DNA from: Moniliella sp. 'wahieum'
Lineage: Eukaryota
Direction: 5' to 3'
NCBI GenBank assembly: GCA_003971905.1
Contig: RSEE01000009.1
Coordinates: 124,001 to 188,000 of the forward strand
Length of the DNA: 64,000 nucleotides
Part shown: positions 25,383 to 37,073 of the stretch, piece by piece
Layout of the letters: every line of letters starts with the position of its first letter
Position numbering within the stretch: the first letter of the stretch is position 1
The notes under the pieces: model-generated
The model's input: only the letters and a program-made list of their open reading frames with translations
What the model was told of the DNA's origin: nothing
Databases searched by the model: none
Program-made: the position numbers and the translations under genes

Positions 25383-25463
25383 TAACCCCCGCAAGATGTG
25401 AACGGTTCGGTTTAGACGTAGCGGTCCCCCTGTCCCAGCCTTAAGCTCTGTCAAAGATATGGA
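25383..25463 (+). repeat. ~80-bp dispersed repeat, copy C (solo)
   Basis: Same 24-bp core and tail, same orientation as copies A and B. Confidence 0.92.
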
Positions 25464-26526
25464 TGCAGAAGAGAAGGGGAACAAAGGAAAGACCAACAGT
25501 TCTACAGCAAAAAGGGGAAACGAATCAAAGGGAAGAAGTGAGGACCAAGCACAAGAAACACGAGGTGAAAGACGAGGCGAGAAGGCCAATTACCAGGGGA
25601 ATCTCGCCAGTAATACTAGCCTTAGACCCGGTGGCCCCCTCGTCGATGATAAGATTTTGTATCTCCAGCATGGAACGGTACTAGAACGGTGAGTAATCGA
25701 TGCCGACATGCACATTCCTCTTGCCCCCTGCGGGACGCCGCTACCGCTCGAGAAAAATGAGAGAACCGCGCTTGGCCACGCCTCAAGCTTCACCAAGTTA
25801 AACTCCGAGCATATGGGCCAAGACCACACTTCCCCGTCGCCTTGCATGCTCTCTTGTCTTTATTTGGCTGTGTCGCATCATTGTCGCTAAGTCGTCCGCA
25901 TCGCCCTCGCTTGCGACGTCTGCGTCTTCATCGGACCCACATCCGGTACAAGAGAACGCAGCGTATGCTTCCTCTCAGGTCCAGCCCTTCACCGACCTGA
26001 CCTGCGCATTGTTCTTTCCCTTTCCTTTCCCTTTTCTCACCCTGATCTCTGTTCCTTTGGTTCGGTGGGAGGTGACTTGTCCACTTCGTTACCATCGACT
26101 TCGTCTCTGTCCACGAGTTGGCCATCGTTGAAGGAGACCCAAAGGTGTCCACAGGATCGGTGGGAGTGTCAGACTCACGCCGTGCTAGGGGGCCCTTGGC
26201 CCACTAGGCCCGTATGGGCACCATGGCGTGATTCTCATCAGTTGGGAGATCCTGTGTCCACCTCTCGACTGTGCCCCTTCCTGAGGAGGTACATATACCT
26301 CCTGTGCGTCCATAGATGTATGCAATCCATCTGCACCCTTTCCCCCATCTCCGTCTCCTGACAAGGTGGCGAGCAGGCTGGGGCGAACACCTAGCAGACG
26401 GCCCGGTAGTCCCTTGTGCCTATTAGTAGGTACGCTATTTCAGCGTCGCGGGTGGCCGTGCCATCGTCTCCCTAGTACGTTTAACAATTTATCTGTCGGT
26501 ATGCACAATCCCAAATTATGGCACAA

Positions 26527-26621
26527 GGCAATGTGCCCGAGCGGTTAAGGGGATTGATTCGAATTGGTTTCGAAACATCAATTAGGCTTTGCCTGCACAG
26601 GTTCGAGTCCTGTCATTGTCG
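26527..26621 (+). tRNA. tRNA-Ser (anticodon CGA) with 13-nt intron 26564-26576
   Basis: Acceptor GGCAATG/CATTGTC plus G73; anticodon stem ATTGA/TCAAT with CGA at 26560-26562; intron after base 37; long variable arm AGGC-TTT-GCCT; T arm ACAGG-TTCGAGT-CCTGT; T8 terminator at 26625-26632. Confidence 0.93.
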
Positions 26622-27093
26622 ATCTTTTTTTTGGCCAAATATTTTTCACGTTTCCGCTTCTCCTGCGTTTCTACACTTCTAAGCCCATGCGACCATGGCG
26701 GGCCGCGGATGGTATCCGCAACGTGGATAAGGTGTCCGCTGGCTCTCTCTCTTGCTAGTCTAACGGGACTGACGCGTGTTTGGATGAGATGTGTACGACA
26801 TGCGGGGCTCAGAGATAACTGTACAGAGCGCCCCGGAACAGTTCTCGTGTTAATCCGTATCCATTCGCGCTACATCCTGCGCCATTGGCCTCCTATTCAT
26901 TATTAGGGGAGCGTGAGCTGCGGCAAAGCCGGATTAGCTTGCTAAGTGTGGTTCAAGTGTGTTTTCCATGTCCCCCAGCTTACATAATTCGGAAGAGTCA
27001 AACACATAGTATTTAGTCAGGGGATGCCGATCAGGCGAAAGACGGGATATGAACTGTGGTAGGGTATCGGTGCCAAAGAGAGGGCACATGCAT

Positions 27094-27498
27094 CTAGTCC
27101 AAGACCTTGAGTACGTCAAACCGCTCATGAGCGTCAATCGCTTTGCGCACAATAGCCATCGGGTCCATCTTGGGCTTCTGGGGCTTGTCCACCTTCGTTC
27201 CCTCTTCTTTCTCCTGCCCAGCATCCACCTTGGCATCGTCGGACACAGTCTCGACCATTACCCAATCCTTGAGCGATTTACCCTCGAGAAACAGCTTGAG
27301 CATGTTGGCACTGAAGCCCGAAACCAGAGCTGTGCCATCGTCGTTGATCGTCACGGGTGCCTGCTTGTCCAGTTCCGAATCGTTGTCCATATTCCAAAAG
27401 ACGAGTTGAGGCCGCTCACACCCAGCCTGTTTGTACATCTCCTCGATCTTTTCAAAATGAGTCAGAACGTTGTCGTCCCCAGGTTCGTCAAACTGTAG
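27094..27498 (-). pseudogene. C-terminal fragment of a DUF2828 (vWA-like) protein
   Basis: LQFDE...THFEKIEEMYKQAGCERPQLVFWN...PVT...GTALVSGFSANMLKLFL...MDPMAIVRKAI...FDVLKVLD*. An in-frame stop lies just upstream and no upstream part of the protein is visible. Confidence 0.75.
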
Positions 27499-27991
27499 GC
27501 CTTACGAGAGGTCCACTGAGTGCCTGTTGTAGAGCCGAATCTGGGAGCCTTCCAGGGAGGAAAGTGGGGAATCCTTATTGGTGCAGCGCTTCGCCATGCA
27601 GGGTTCTCATGCCAGAACGATGCCTGCCCATCAACAGCTCCAGGTGGTCGGGTGCAGCCACGCAGGCACCACGCTGCCGAAGGGAAAGGGGACGGGAACG
27701 AATCTATATGGACCAAAGGTGGCCAAAGTCAACAAACAAGGGGTTCGAATGGATAGCGTCCAGCCAAGCGCGAACGAACGTAGATAGGAATGCGAAGAGG
27801 GGAACAAGGAGCCAAAAAGCGAAACAACGAAAAAGTCCACAGTGTCCAGTGACGTAGGGTGTAGGCGAGCGACCCCTGGCTACGAAATGAGGTCCATGAG
27901 GGAGATTGGCATCAGGCCAGGACGAGAGAAGGGGAGGAAGAAAGGGGGGAGGAGAGGAAAGGAGAGGAGAGGAGGGGACAGTGCGGTCGGA

Positions 27992-29735
27992 TTAATGACA
28001 CTGACGAAGCGGCTGTCGGCGGCGGCGCGGGCCCTTGGCAGCTGCTTGTTGTGCCCGAATCCGTCGTGCCAGCCGAAATCCCGATCGGGCCGAGTCGAGG
28101 AGATCTTTGCATACGTGTTGCACATGTTCCGGCTGAAGCACGCCCTGGCAGACGCCATACATCTCGGGGTGCCGCCGCACCAAGTCCAACCCATGCGCCA
28201 TCAACTTATCCATCAAGCCAGCGTTGGACGAATAAAAGTTCCGCGAGCCAAAGTCGAGGTGGAACACTTGTCTTCGTTCCAGCGTGGTGTCCTTGGCGCC
28301 CTTGGGAACCAGCTTTTCCACCCAGCCCAGCGGCTTGCAATCCCGCAACTGCCGAAACTCGCGCACGCCGAGGTACCGGTACAGGTGCACGCGCAAGTCC
28401 AGCAACAACTTGCGGTTGCGGAAGCGCTTGTCCGTCTCGGGAATAAAGGTCATCAAGCCGTCTTTGTTCAGTAGGCCTGGAACGTGGGCGGGTGGGTGGG
28501 AAAGGGAGGAAGGATCGGTAGACAGCTGGGGTTCGGGCATCGACGGCCGCGGTGCCAACGCAGCCAAGGCCGCCATCTGGTTCATTTGGCCCGCACGCAC
28601 CGGCGCCAAGGTCCCCATGGGCGTCGCGTAGAGTCGCTGGGGCGCGAGAGAGAGCATGGGATGCGGTTGGGGTACCTCTTGCATTCCCTGTGGCGCAGCG
28701 ATCGACTGCACCCCTCCGGGCGGAGAAGGGAAGGACTGTACCAGCTCGTTCCATTCCCTGGCCGTAGCAGGCACCGGAGCGGCGGACAGACCTCGGCGTC
28801 GATTGCGAGTGCAACCACATGTCTCCATCTGCGGAAGAAATGGATGGGCGGCAGCCGACCATATTTGGGGCAGGGCCATGGATGGGGCCGAACCCAAGGA
28901 CGTCAAGGAGCCCTGTGGCGAAGGGTCCGTGACTGACAGGCATGGCGCTTCAGGCGTAGGACGCATGATGAGGCTGTGGTGCCTGGGCGCTTGGGTAGAC
29001 AGATGGTACGAAGGCGCATGGACTTGGCCATCCATCCAAGGTGTGGAGAGGACCCCCGAGTCAGACACGGAGCGAGGCTCGAGCGTCAATTCGGACGGGC
29101 TAAAGGAGGGAAGAAAGTTGACGTCAAGCGCACCAGGTCCTTGGCCTGTGGGCCGCACGGGAGGTTCCCCCACCTGCTTGGGCGACAGCTCTGCTTCCGG
29201 CAGGGGTGCAGCCGGTTTCGGGAAGGCGGACTGGGTGAGTGTTGCAGCTGCCGATTGTTGGAGCGGAGCGCGACAGAGATGGTGTGGACGCGCTGGTTGA
29301 GCAAGTCGGTCGGGTTGGCCGGCTTGAACGACAGCACTTGACCTGGCATGTCGGGGGTGGGGGTGGCCGACACGGCGGTGGCGGCGGTTTGCATGGCTTG
29401 GGTAAGGTCCTCCACGTAGCCGAGCGTCTGCTCGGCAAGGGCAAGAGCCTGGGTTTGCAGCACGCTGGTCAGGACCGAGTCGGAGGGCGCGTCGAGGGGG
29501 CCGCTGCTGAGGGTTGGGTTGCGATCGATGCTGCTGGAGAGGGGGACGGGGGGCGGGGCGAGGGTCTCGGGAGAGGAGAGAGAGCAGAGGTGTGGACGGA
29601 GGGCGAGGTGTAAGGCGAGTGGGGCACGAGCAGGGGCGGAGGAGGAGACGATGCGGAGCGGAGGGGCAGCTCGGTAGGCACGGCGAGCGACGGCGACGGC
29701 ATGGACATGGACATGGACGGGGACATGGCGGACAT
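27992..29735 (-). CDS. Hypothetical protein: Pro/Ser-rich N-terminal two-thirds and a globular-looking C-terminal domain
   Basis: Overlapping long minus-strand ORFs (29469-29861, 29086-29994, 27992-29173); the last ~150 aa have ordered composition. Confidence 0.55.
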
Positions 29736-32576
29736 GCCCACGAGGTGGTGGTAGCGCACAGGCCGTCGCACGCAGCTGCACCTTCGCACCCAGCAGCGCC
29801 TCGGCGTTATTCGGCGCAGTGCTGCGCTGCGGGTGGTGCCCCAGGCCCCGTCCCACACCACCCGCCCACGGCCCCCGTGCGGCAGCTGTCGTTGCGCAGC
29901 CCAGCGGCTCCCCGCTCAGGCGTCCCGCCGCGTGACGCCCATCGTCTGCGTGGGCTTCGATCGGCAAAGGAGGGTGCGGCAGGTGGTGCCGCACCGCGTC
30001 ACTGTCGATTGCGGGGGGCTGCCACTGCGACAGTGCCTGGTCTTCTCCGGCTGCGATCGGTGATCAGATCGATCAGCCCGAGGGACGAGAGACTGGTAGC
30101 GATGGTCAGTGATCGATGATCGATGAGCGTCATCGGATGATCGCTGACCAGTGACCGAGGACCGTCTGTGCTTCTGCTGGCGCTGCCTCTGCACAGCGCA
30201 AATCCAATGCCCCCCAGCCTGCATGTGCCACCTCTGCTGCATGCATGCGGCTTGGATTTGCACCTTGCATGGCCAGCACAATGCACTGCACTCGACCAGA
30301 CCCTTCTTGCAACCTGCCCAGCCCCCATCCAGCACACACCCCCCGCGCCCCTCGCTGGGGCACCACGCCGCAATTGAGTCACGCCAGCACGAGATGACCA
30401 AGATTCGAGCTGCCTTCCTCCTGCGTCATCACCGCGTCATCAGTCTCACATCTCGTGCCCCCTTTCACTCCCGCGATCCACCAGCGGCAGGTGAGGACGC
30501 GTGCTGGTGAGTTGTGGGTGCATGATGCAGGGCGCATGTAGGTGACTGGTGACTACTGACCGGTGACGCTGGGCGGGGGCGTGGTGGGGTGGCGGGGATG
30601 AAGACGGGGTGCGACACTGGTGCGACACTGGGCTTGGGGGCCGGTGTCGCGAGGTGGGGGTGCGGTGCGATGGCTCGCACCCTGGCCTACCAGGGCCTCC
30701 CAGGACCATCGGCGCCTTTTTGCGTAGCCACAGGTGCATAGGCGGCCTGTTGCGGCTGCAGCCTACGCGCGCACCAGAGGGAGGTTGAGGGCTCTCAACG
30801 TACTCAACGTTCAACGTTCAACACAACAACAACAAGGCTAGTACCGCTCGTGCAACTAAGCTCAGCACGCCTGCCGAAGTACAAGGACTACGAAGGACGA
30901 AGTGGTACGCATATCACCCAGGGCCCATGCAGGCGCGTGGCGCGTTGGGCGGCCCAAGGCGCACTTGGCTTGGGCATACTTGGGCCCACCCCTGCCGCAC
31001 ATCCTGTCCAGCCCCTCCATTGAGTCTCCGAATCCAGAACTTCTTTTTCGAGTGACCACTACTTGGCGCTCGCTTACCTCAGCATGCTATCGGCTCTGCC
31101 GCTCCTGCGCCTCGGATCATCAATCATCAATCATTGATCATCGATCATCAGGCCAACGCACCTAGGCTCGTCTCCCTACCAATGCATTCCTTTGCTCCCT
31201 TGGTAGTCACTCGTATCATCCGACTCTTACACACATTTTTTTATCCAGCCAGTGTCGATCGAGTCGATCCACTGTCGATGGTTGATATACCCCTTGTCTA
31301 TCGCATTCCGTTTTTCTTTGGTGTGCACGCAGCACTCGGCCCTGCCGTCACTCGTAGAACGAATAGCCCCCTCGGCTCTTTCACCGTCGTTATGTAGGCA
31401 GCGCGCAAGGCTTCATGGGGTCCTCCCCTCTCCCAATACAACACTTATGAACTCCGCGTGTTCGTTGTCGCCCCCACGGTGAGGCGGTGACTACTATAGA
31501 GATGATGTAGTGGTGAAAGGGAAATGAAGATCCCCCCAATCGTCGACATTGGCGCCATGTATCATGAATGATGAAGGTTTGGTTCATTTGGCCAAAAGGC
31601 CCCTCCGACCTCTCCATGTGCTACATTATGTGTTCAGGAGCCGTTCTGACGTTTCCTTGCTTCTTTCTGTGTTTTCTTTTGTTGCAGTACATACAAACAG
31701 CTGTTGTTGGACCCAGTGACCCCTTTCTTATGATGCACGAGTCCCATCTGCAGGGTAAACACAACGAATGGCCCAAAGAAAGGGGAGCTTACAAAGAAGC
31801 AAATGCGTGTGTAGTGTCCGGGACACATACGTTTCGAGAATAAAGAGGGGCGAAAAGACGCCTATAATACTATACGGACCTGAGAAGATGGAGAATGTTG
31901 AGCCATCAGGTGGCTCGTGCTTTGGCCAATGTCCCTTCAGTTCCTCCTCAGGCCTAGGAGTTCCGTTGTTTTTTCTCTCCTGTTTTTCCTTGTTCCGCAG
32001 CTTAGCCCCTGGTGGCGACTCGCTGCTTGATGTTCCTCTGTACGCGTTGCTGGTTGGCTTACACCACCACCACCACCACTAGTGCGATTATATCACCCTC
32101 GAGGACCATCTGGACTCCAGGTCTCATCAGAGAAGACGATTAAAACAGTGCTTCAGTTGGTTGTCTTGTGCTTCGTGCCGTCCATCAGGGGCTCGGGTAC
32201 ACTGCGATGTGATGTTCCAATTAAACACCTTTTGGATAATATTATCCTCTTCTCTGTGCTCTTCATGGCCATATTCGACACAGAGGCCACCGCCGTTCGC
32301 CCTATCTGACCAGTCCGCAGATGTGCCCTGCAAGCGCGGCCCGCATGCGCTGTGTCGGACAGAGGGGTTGAGGCTCAGTTTTCAGAATGTGGGGTGCCGG
32401 TGAGGGAGGAGGGGGGCCAGTTGAGAGGTCGATCTGGATGAGCGCCTCTTCAAAAGCTGCTCAAGCTCCTCAAGCCTTCAAGGTTCAATAGTGACGGTGA
32501 CCGGTGACCGGTGATCGCCCGCAAACAAAAAAAACACATTTCAAGGCAGGTGGTCATTTTATCTGACGCGTAGGCG

Positions 32577-34000
32577 ATGGGCTTACGTATACTCCAGGTC
32601 ATTATCTAGTGTTTCCAATTCGCGAGGGAGCCTCCCGCCTTCTGCTACCCACTCTGCCCATCCAACATGGCCAACTTGCGCAGCCAGGAGGGCTCTACCG
32701 CCTCCTCCGCCACTTCTGCTACGGGATCCAACTCCCAGGCCTACTTGTCGTCGGTAGATTTGGTTGCCAGCCTGCGGGCGCAGGAGGAGCTGCTGCTGGC
32801 AAGTGTGGCGGTGGGCCAAGCGCTGGCCCAACTCAGCACAGCAACCGGGGGATACGCCCAAACGTTGGAGCGATGCAGCCGTCTGAACGGTGCCCAGGCC
32901 CAAGCGCAGCCTCTGCAAGCATGTGCCGGACTCCAGTTTCTTCAGAGTAACTGGGCGCACGTGCTCTCCACACTTACTTCCACGAGAGTGAGCTGCTGCA
33001 GGAGCGACAGCGTGCGTATCGTGCCCGAGTGCAGGATAGCGCGGGTGCACATGAACGCGATATGGTCAATCGTGCGAAACAGCTTAAGAAAACCGAGGGT
33101 CAGGGTTCTAAGGGGAAACGCGACCTGGCCACGTTCAAACTTGTGCTGGCCGAGATGCAGAAACAAGTACATGAGATGGATCAAGCGAAAGCGATGCATA
33201 CCCAACAACTGGTTCAAGGTGAAGATGAGATGTGGGACCTTGTACAGAGTAAAGTATGTTGTCCCCTCTTTGTTTCAACATCGTACTGACGCCAAGTGCA
33301 GGTCTCGCTGTTAACTCGATCTGAGGTGGAGATGTGGGAACGACTTTCATCCAAGGCCACATCGGAACCGATGCTGGAAAAGTAGTGAACAGCATTCCTG
33401 ATCCTTTCGATGCCTATGGTCCCCCGACACAGGAGTCGATCCTGTCCATTTTACCATCTTCTTCTCCCATCCAACCGTCGACCCCACCATGCTCTTCTTC
33501 GCCCCACATCCCCCCCACCTGATTGCTCTACCACCCCTCCTCGCCCCGTCCTGCATTCTGAGCCCTACCCTCAGCTAACGCCTACTTCTAGCTCACCAAA
33601 AGCGTCATCGGCCAAGGGAAGCGCCCGTCTTCCCTCTTTACCGAGAGGCGCACCCCTCCTGATCCAGTCTCTTCCAGCCCCACCACCCCAACGCTCGCGG
33701 GGCCCTTCCTCGCTCAACCTGGCTGCAGTTTCTCTCCCATTTGGGGAACGCCCCAGTGTCCCATCGCAATCTGCCTCAACCAGTCGGGAAGCCATGACCG
33801 GCGAGGTGGACTCGGACACGTTGCTTCGTGAGCGGGAAACCAAAGTCCTCGGCATCCTGGAGACCGAAACCCAACGAGCCGTCCCACTCTATGCACCCTG
33901 GACAGGGATCGGGGACGAGAGCGATGCAATCACCATCAGCGATGCAACTCAGGATGGCATACCCCCCTCCGATCGACTCTGCACCCAGTTCCATTCTTAA
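32577..34000 (+). CDS. Ivy1-like I-BAR/IMD-domain protein; intron 33254-33301
   Basis: DLVASLRAQEELL...STATGGYAQTLERCSRL...LQACAGLQFLQSNWAHVL...KRDLATFK...EMWDLVQSK|V...SIPDPFDAYGPP..ESILSIL matches the basidiomycete Ivy1 pattern. Confidence 0.75.
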
Positions 34001-34978
34001 CTCTTATGTCCTCTGCCACAGGCGCCTCCTGGCCTCTGGCTTGTCGTACGTCCTGCACTAGAATCTTGTCTTCATCGAGTAGAATCTATCTATCCATGCA
34101 TTTCCCCGAATCTTCAGGGGACTGAAGACAAAGAAGAATTGGCACTCGGTACTCAGTGTACTCATACCCATACTGGTCGTGCCTCACCGTATTGTCCACA
34201 ATGTACGAGCGCGATACGGGTCTTGCCTGTTATCGAAAGCGTCTCCAATCCCGGCACGCTCGTCGGTCCTGGTCACGGCCCTGAATGAGGCAGTCATTAA
34301 TCATTCTTCTCCATCAACGTCATCAACATTTCCGGGAGGGGAATGTCCATTGTCTGGATGGACTTGCGTCCAGCCGCGTCAGATCTCAGACTGGATGATG
34401 CTGTGGGCTGTCTTTCTGGCCCAAATGCGGGTCGACACAAGCATGCATCAGCAGGTGATCAGCGGGTGATCAGATCGATCAGCGCATGTGCCAACAAGTC
34501 ACTAGTCAGATCTCAGAGCAGGCCCATTTCAGAAGCACTGATATGCAAGGGCCCGCCAGGGCATGCAAGGGCGTGCATGCAATCTGCGCTGGTCACTGGC
34601 TCGTCCCATGCGTCACAATCCCCGACTCCAACACTCACACTGCTCTGGCGCCTTGCTTGCCAGCGGGCCACTGCCTCTGTGCGCCCCCCCCACCTGGCCG
34701 CCGGAAGGCGAGAGCAGAGAGCACCCTAGAGCACCCCGGCACAGCACGACACCTTGCCCACCCAGCGCCCATCCTGCTGCATTCTGCGTCTTTTGATATT
34801 GCCGCGTTGAGTCGTCACGCGTCAGAGTTGGGCTGGCCCAGTGCTGGCCCAATGCTGCCCCCCCCCCGAGCTTGCCTTCCCCTCCATCTCCACCTCCTCC
34901 AAGGCTCGGTCCCCCCTCAGCACTCGCCACCCGGTACTCAGGGCTGAGACGCAGCACTCACCACCACCCTGCGTGGCC

Positions 34979-36161
34979 ATGGCGGACCAGAGCTTCGGCA
35001 TGGGCTCGCCCCCCCTGCTCCCAGCCAGTGCATCCACCCCGCGTTTCCCTTCCTCGGAGCGTGCTCTCACCCCAGGTGGCGTCCCTGTGCCCCAAGGCTT
35101 CAGCTACCTGGCCCACAGCAACAGCATCCTCACCTCCACCCGCATGCAACTCCCCACCTCGGCCCTTGGCCCCACCCTCAATGGACGTGGTCGAGCCAAA
35201 TCCCAGTCCTCCACTTCCTCTCCTACCAGCGACATGCCGCCTTTCCATTTGGACCGCCGCCCCAGTGGCGCATTCACGGCGCAAGACCCGCGTTTGGCCG
35301 GCTACAGCCGGCGCCATCGCGGCACGTATCTGCCCAAGCGACCACTCCTCCCAGGCAGTCAAAGTCCTCTGTCCATGTCCGCTCCTACGTCCAGGCTTTT
35401 GAGCAGGCACAACCGCCGGCGCCCAGGAGGGTAAGCACCCCGTACATGGTGAGATGAGTCCGCCCCAGTTGGCTCCCTTGGTCGATCGTCCGCGTCCTTC
35501 GCCCGACAAACCCGTTCTTTCCCGTGTTCGCAGCTGGAGCAACTTCCACATGCCCAAAGAACGAGAGAATGTCCCACCCGTCCCACCTCTCCCGCCACTC
35601 CCGTCCCTCATCGTCATCCTATCACCGCCTCCCGCTTCGTCCTGAACCTAACCTTTGCGCCGACACAAAACAAGAGCCCACTCCGATGGCTCTCCCGTTT
35701 CTGCTCCCGCGGCGCCCCTCCATGGCTCTACGCCCGCGTCTAGCGTCGACACATTTGATACCCAGCCCTCGTTGGACGAGCTTCTCCGAGCACAGAAACG
35801 AGCGTGCTCAGTGCCATTTCGGGTACTTCGAGTCCCGACTTGCTTCCCGCCAAGGAATCCACTTCTCCTTCCGCCGCGGAGGAGGGCACACGGCGCGCGT
35901 CTGACTCGGATCTACTTGTCAAATCTATCGAGCCATCTAGCCATCGATCGATCAAATGGTTGCATCACCCAAGACGGCGGGCGAGGAAAATCTGCTGCAA
36001 GGCGACGCTCAGGCGAACCAAGTGGACCGTCGCTGGCCATGACCACATCCGTTCCGGGCGCTTGGATTGAGGCGCCTCCTACCTCCTCTCGGCGTGATGA
36101 TTTGCAAGTGATTGCAGGTCTGGGCTTTGCGCTAGTCAGTGCAGCCGTCTTGCGAGGCTAA
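34979..36161 (+). CDS. Ser/Pro-rich hypothetical protein with possible C-terminal hydrophobic anchor
   Basis: MADQSFGMGSPP start, chained + strand ORFs, ending LQVIAGLGFALVSAAVLRG*. Confidence 0.45.
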
Positions 36162-37073
36162 GCGCTAAGCATCAAACATGGCATCCTTCACTTCTTCCCA
36201 TTGCCTACCTCTCTCTCATCAATCCCACTATGCCTTCGACCCGGAATTGTCCTCCATCTTTCTGAAGCTTTGATCATTCTCTTTCCGCCTGGACCATTCC
36301 CATCGTACTAGTCTCGTCTCTGTCATCATCCCCATCCTACCTCCCAACTCACCATCTCAACGTAAGCATACATCTGGACCGCGCCCCATTGGTTGCCTGC
36401 TCGTCCGCTAGTTCCAGGGCTTCTATGATCCGTCCCCTCCAGTCTCTTTCTCTGTTTTTTCTCGCTCTCTTGTGTCTCTCGGATGAATCCCCTCTGTTTC
36501 CGACCCGTGCGCTGCCGTGCCTGCTGCCAGAGTGCTTTTGGTGGATGGATGCAGGACGCAGTGAGGAGGCCGATAGTGTAGTGGATTCATAGCATGACCG
36601 ATGGGCTGACTTGAAGCACGGCCATGGCAAGGCGAGCTGTCGTTTTCCGACGTGGGGCTGTTGGGGGATCTGCAAGGCGGGAGCTGCGCGCGCGGTGATT
36701 CATGTCATTGGGGACCCAACACAAAAATTCTGCTGGCCTCAGTGCAGCAGCCAAGATGTTCTGGCAGCTGCTCCACAAACGCTGACCTAATCACACGCGC
36801 GTGCGCAGCACTGCTGCTGTGGCGGCCGGATGCTCATCCCATCCATGCAGCGGGGCGCCATTCTTCCTCTCCGCCTTGCCGTATTTCGCGCACTTGGGCC
36901 CAGGCGCTACAGCAGTCTGTCTGGGCACACAGGCAGGCCAACCCAGGCCCCAGTATACTCCCAGCGCTGGCTTGCGTCTGTTCTTGCCCACCATCTGCAC
37001 CGTTGGAACCGCTTCCCCCATTCAGCTTGAAGCGCTCTCCTCTTCCCTTTAGCCGCCGGTTCCTTCCTCTGCC

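Noticed and set aside
21549..25463. Repeat copies as a CRISPR-like array
   Set aside because: Only three copies, irregular spacing (~155 bp and ~3.7 kb), eukaryotic context, no cas genes.
26168..26241. Hammerhead ribozyme (minus-strand CTGATGA plus stem); similar case near 32100-32130
   Set aside because: The required GAAA after stem II and a stem I/III with cleavage triplet are absent.
26564..26576. Palindromic TTTCGAAA in the tRNA-Ser intron
   Set aside because: Expected intron-anticodon pairing for a TTCGAA anticodon loop.
26527..27498. Ro60/Y-RNA-like pairing of DUF2828 with a tRNA-like RNA
   Set aside because: The RNA is a canonical tRNA-Ser and the protein gene is only a fragment.
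31566..31650. C/D-box snoRNA (ATGATGA...CTGA)
   Set aside because: No terminal stem and no convincing rRNA-complementary guide.
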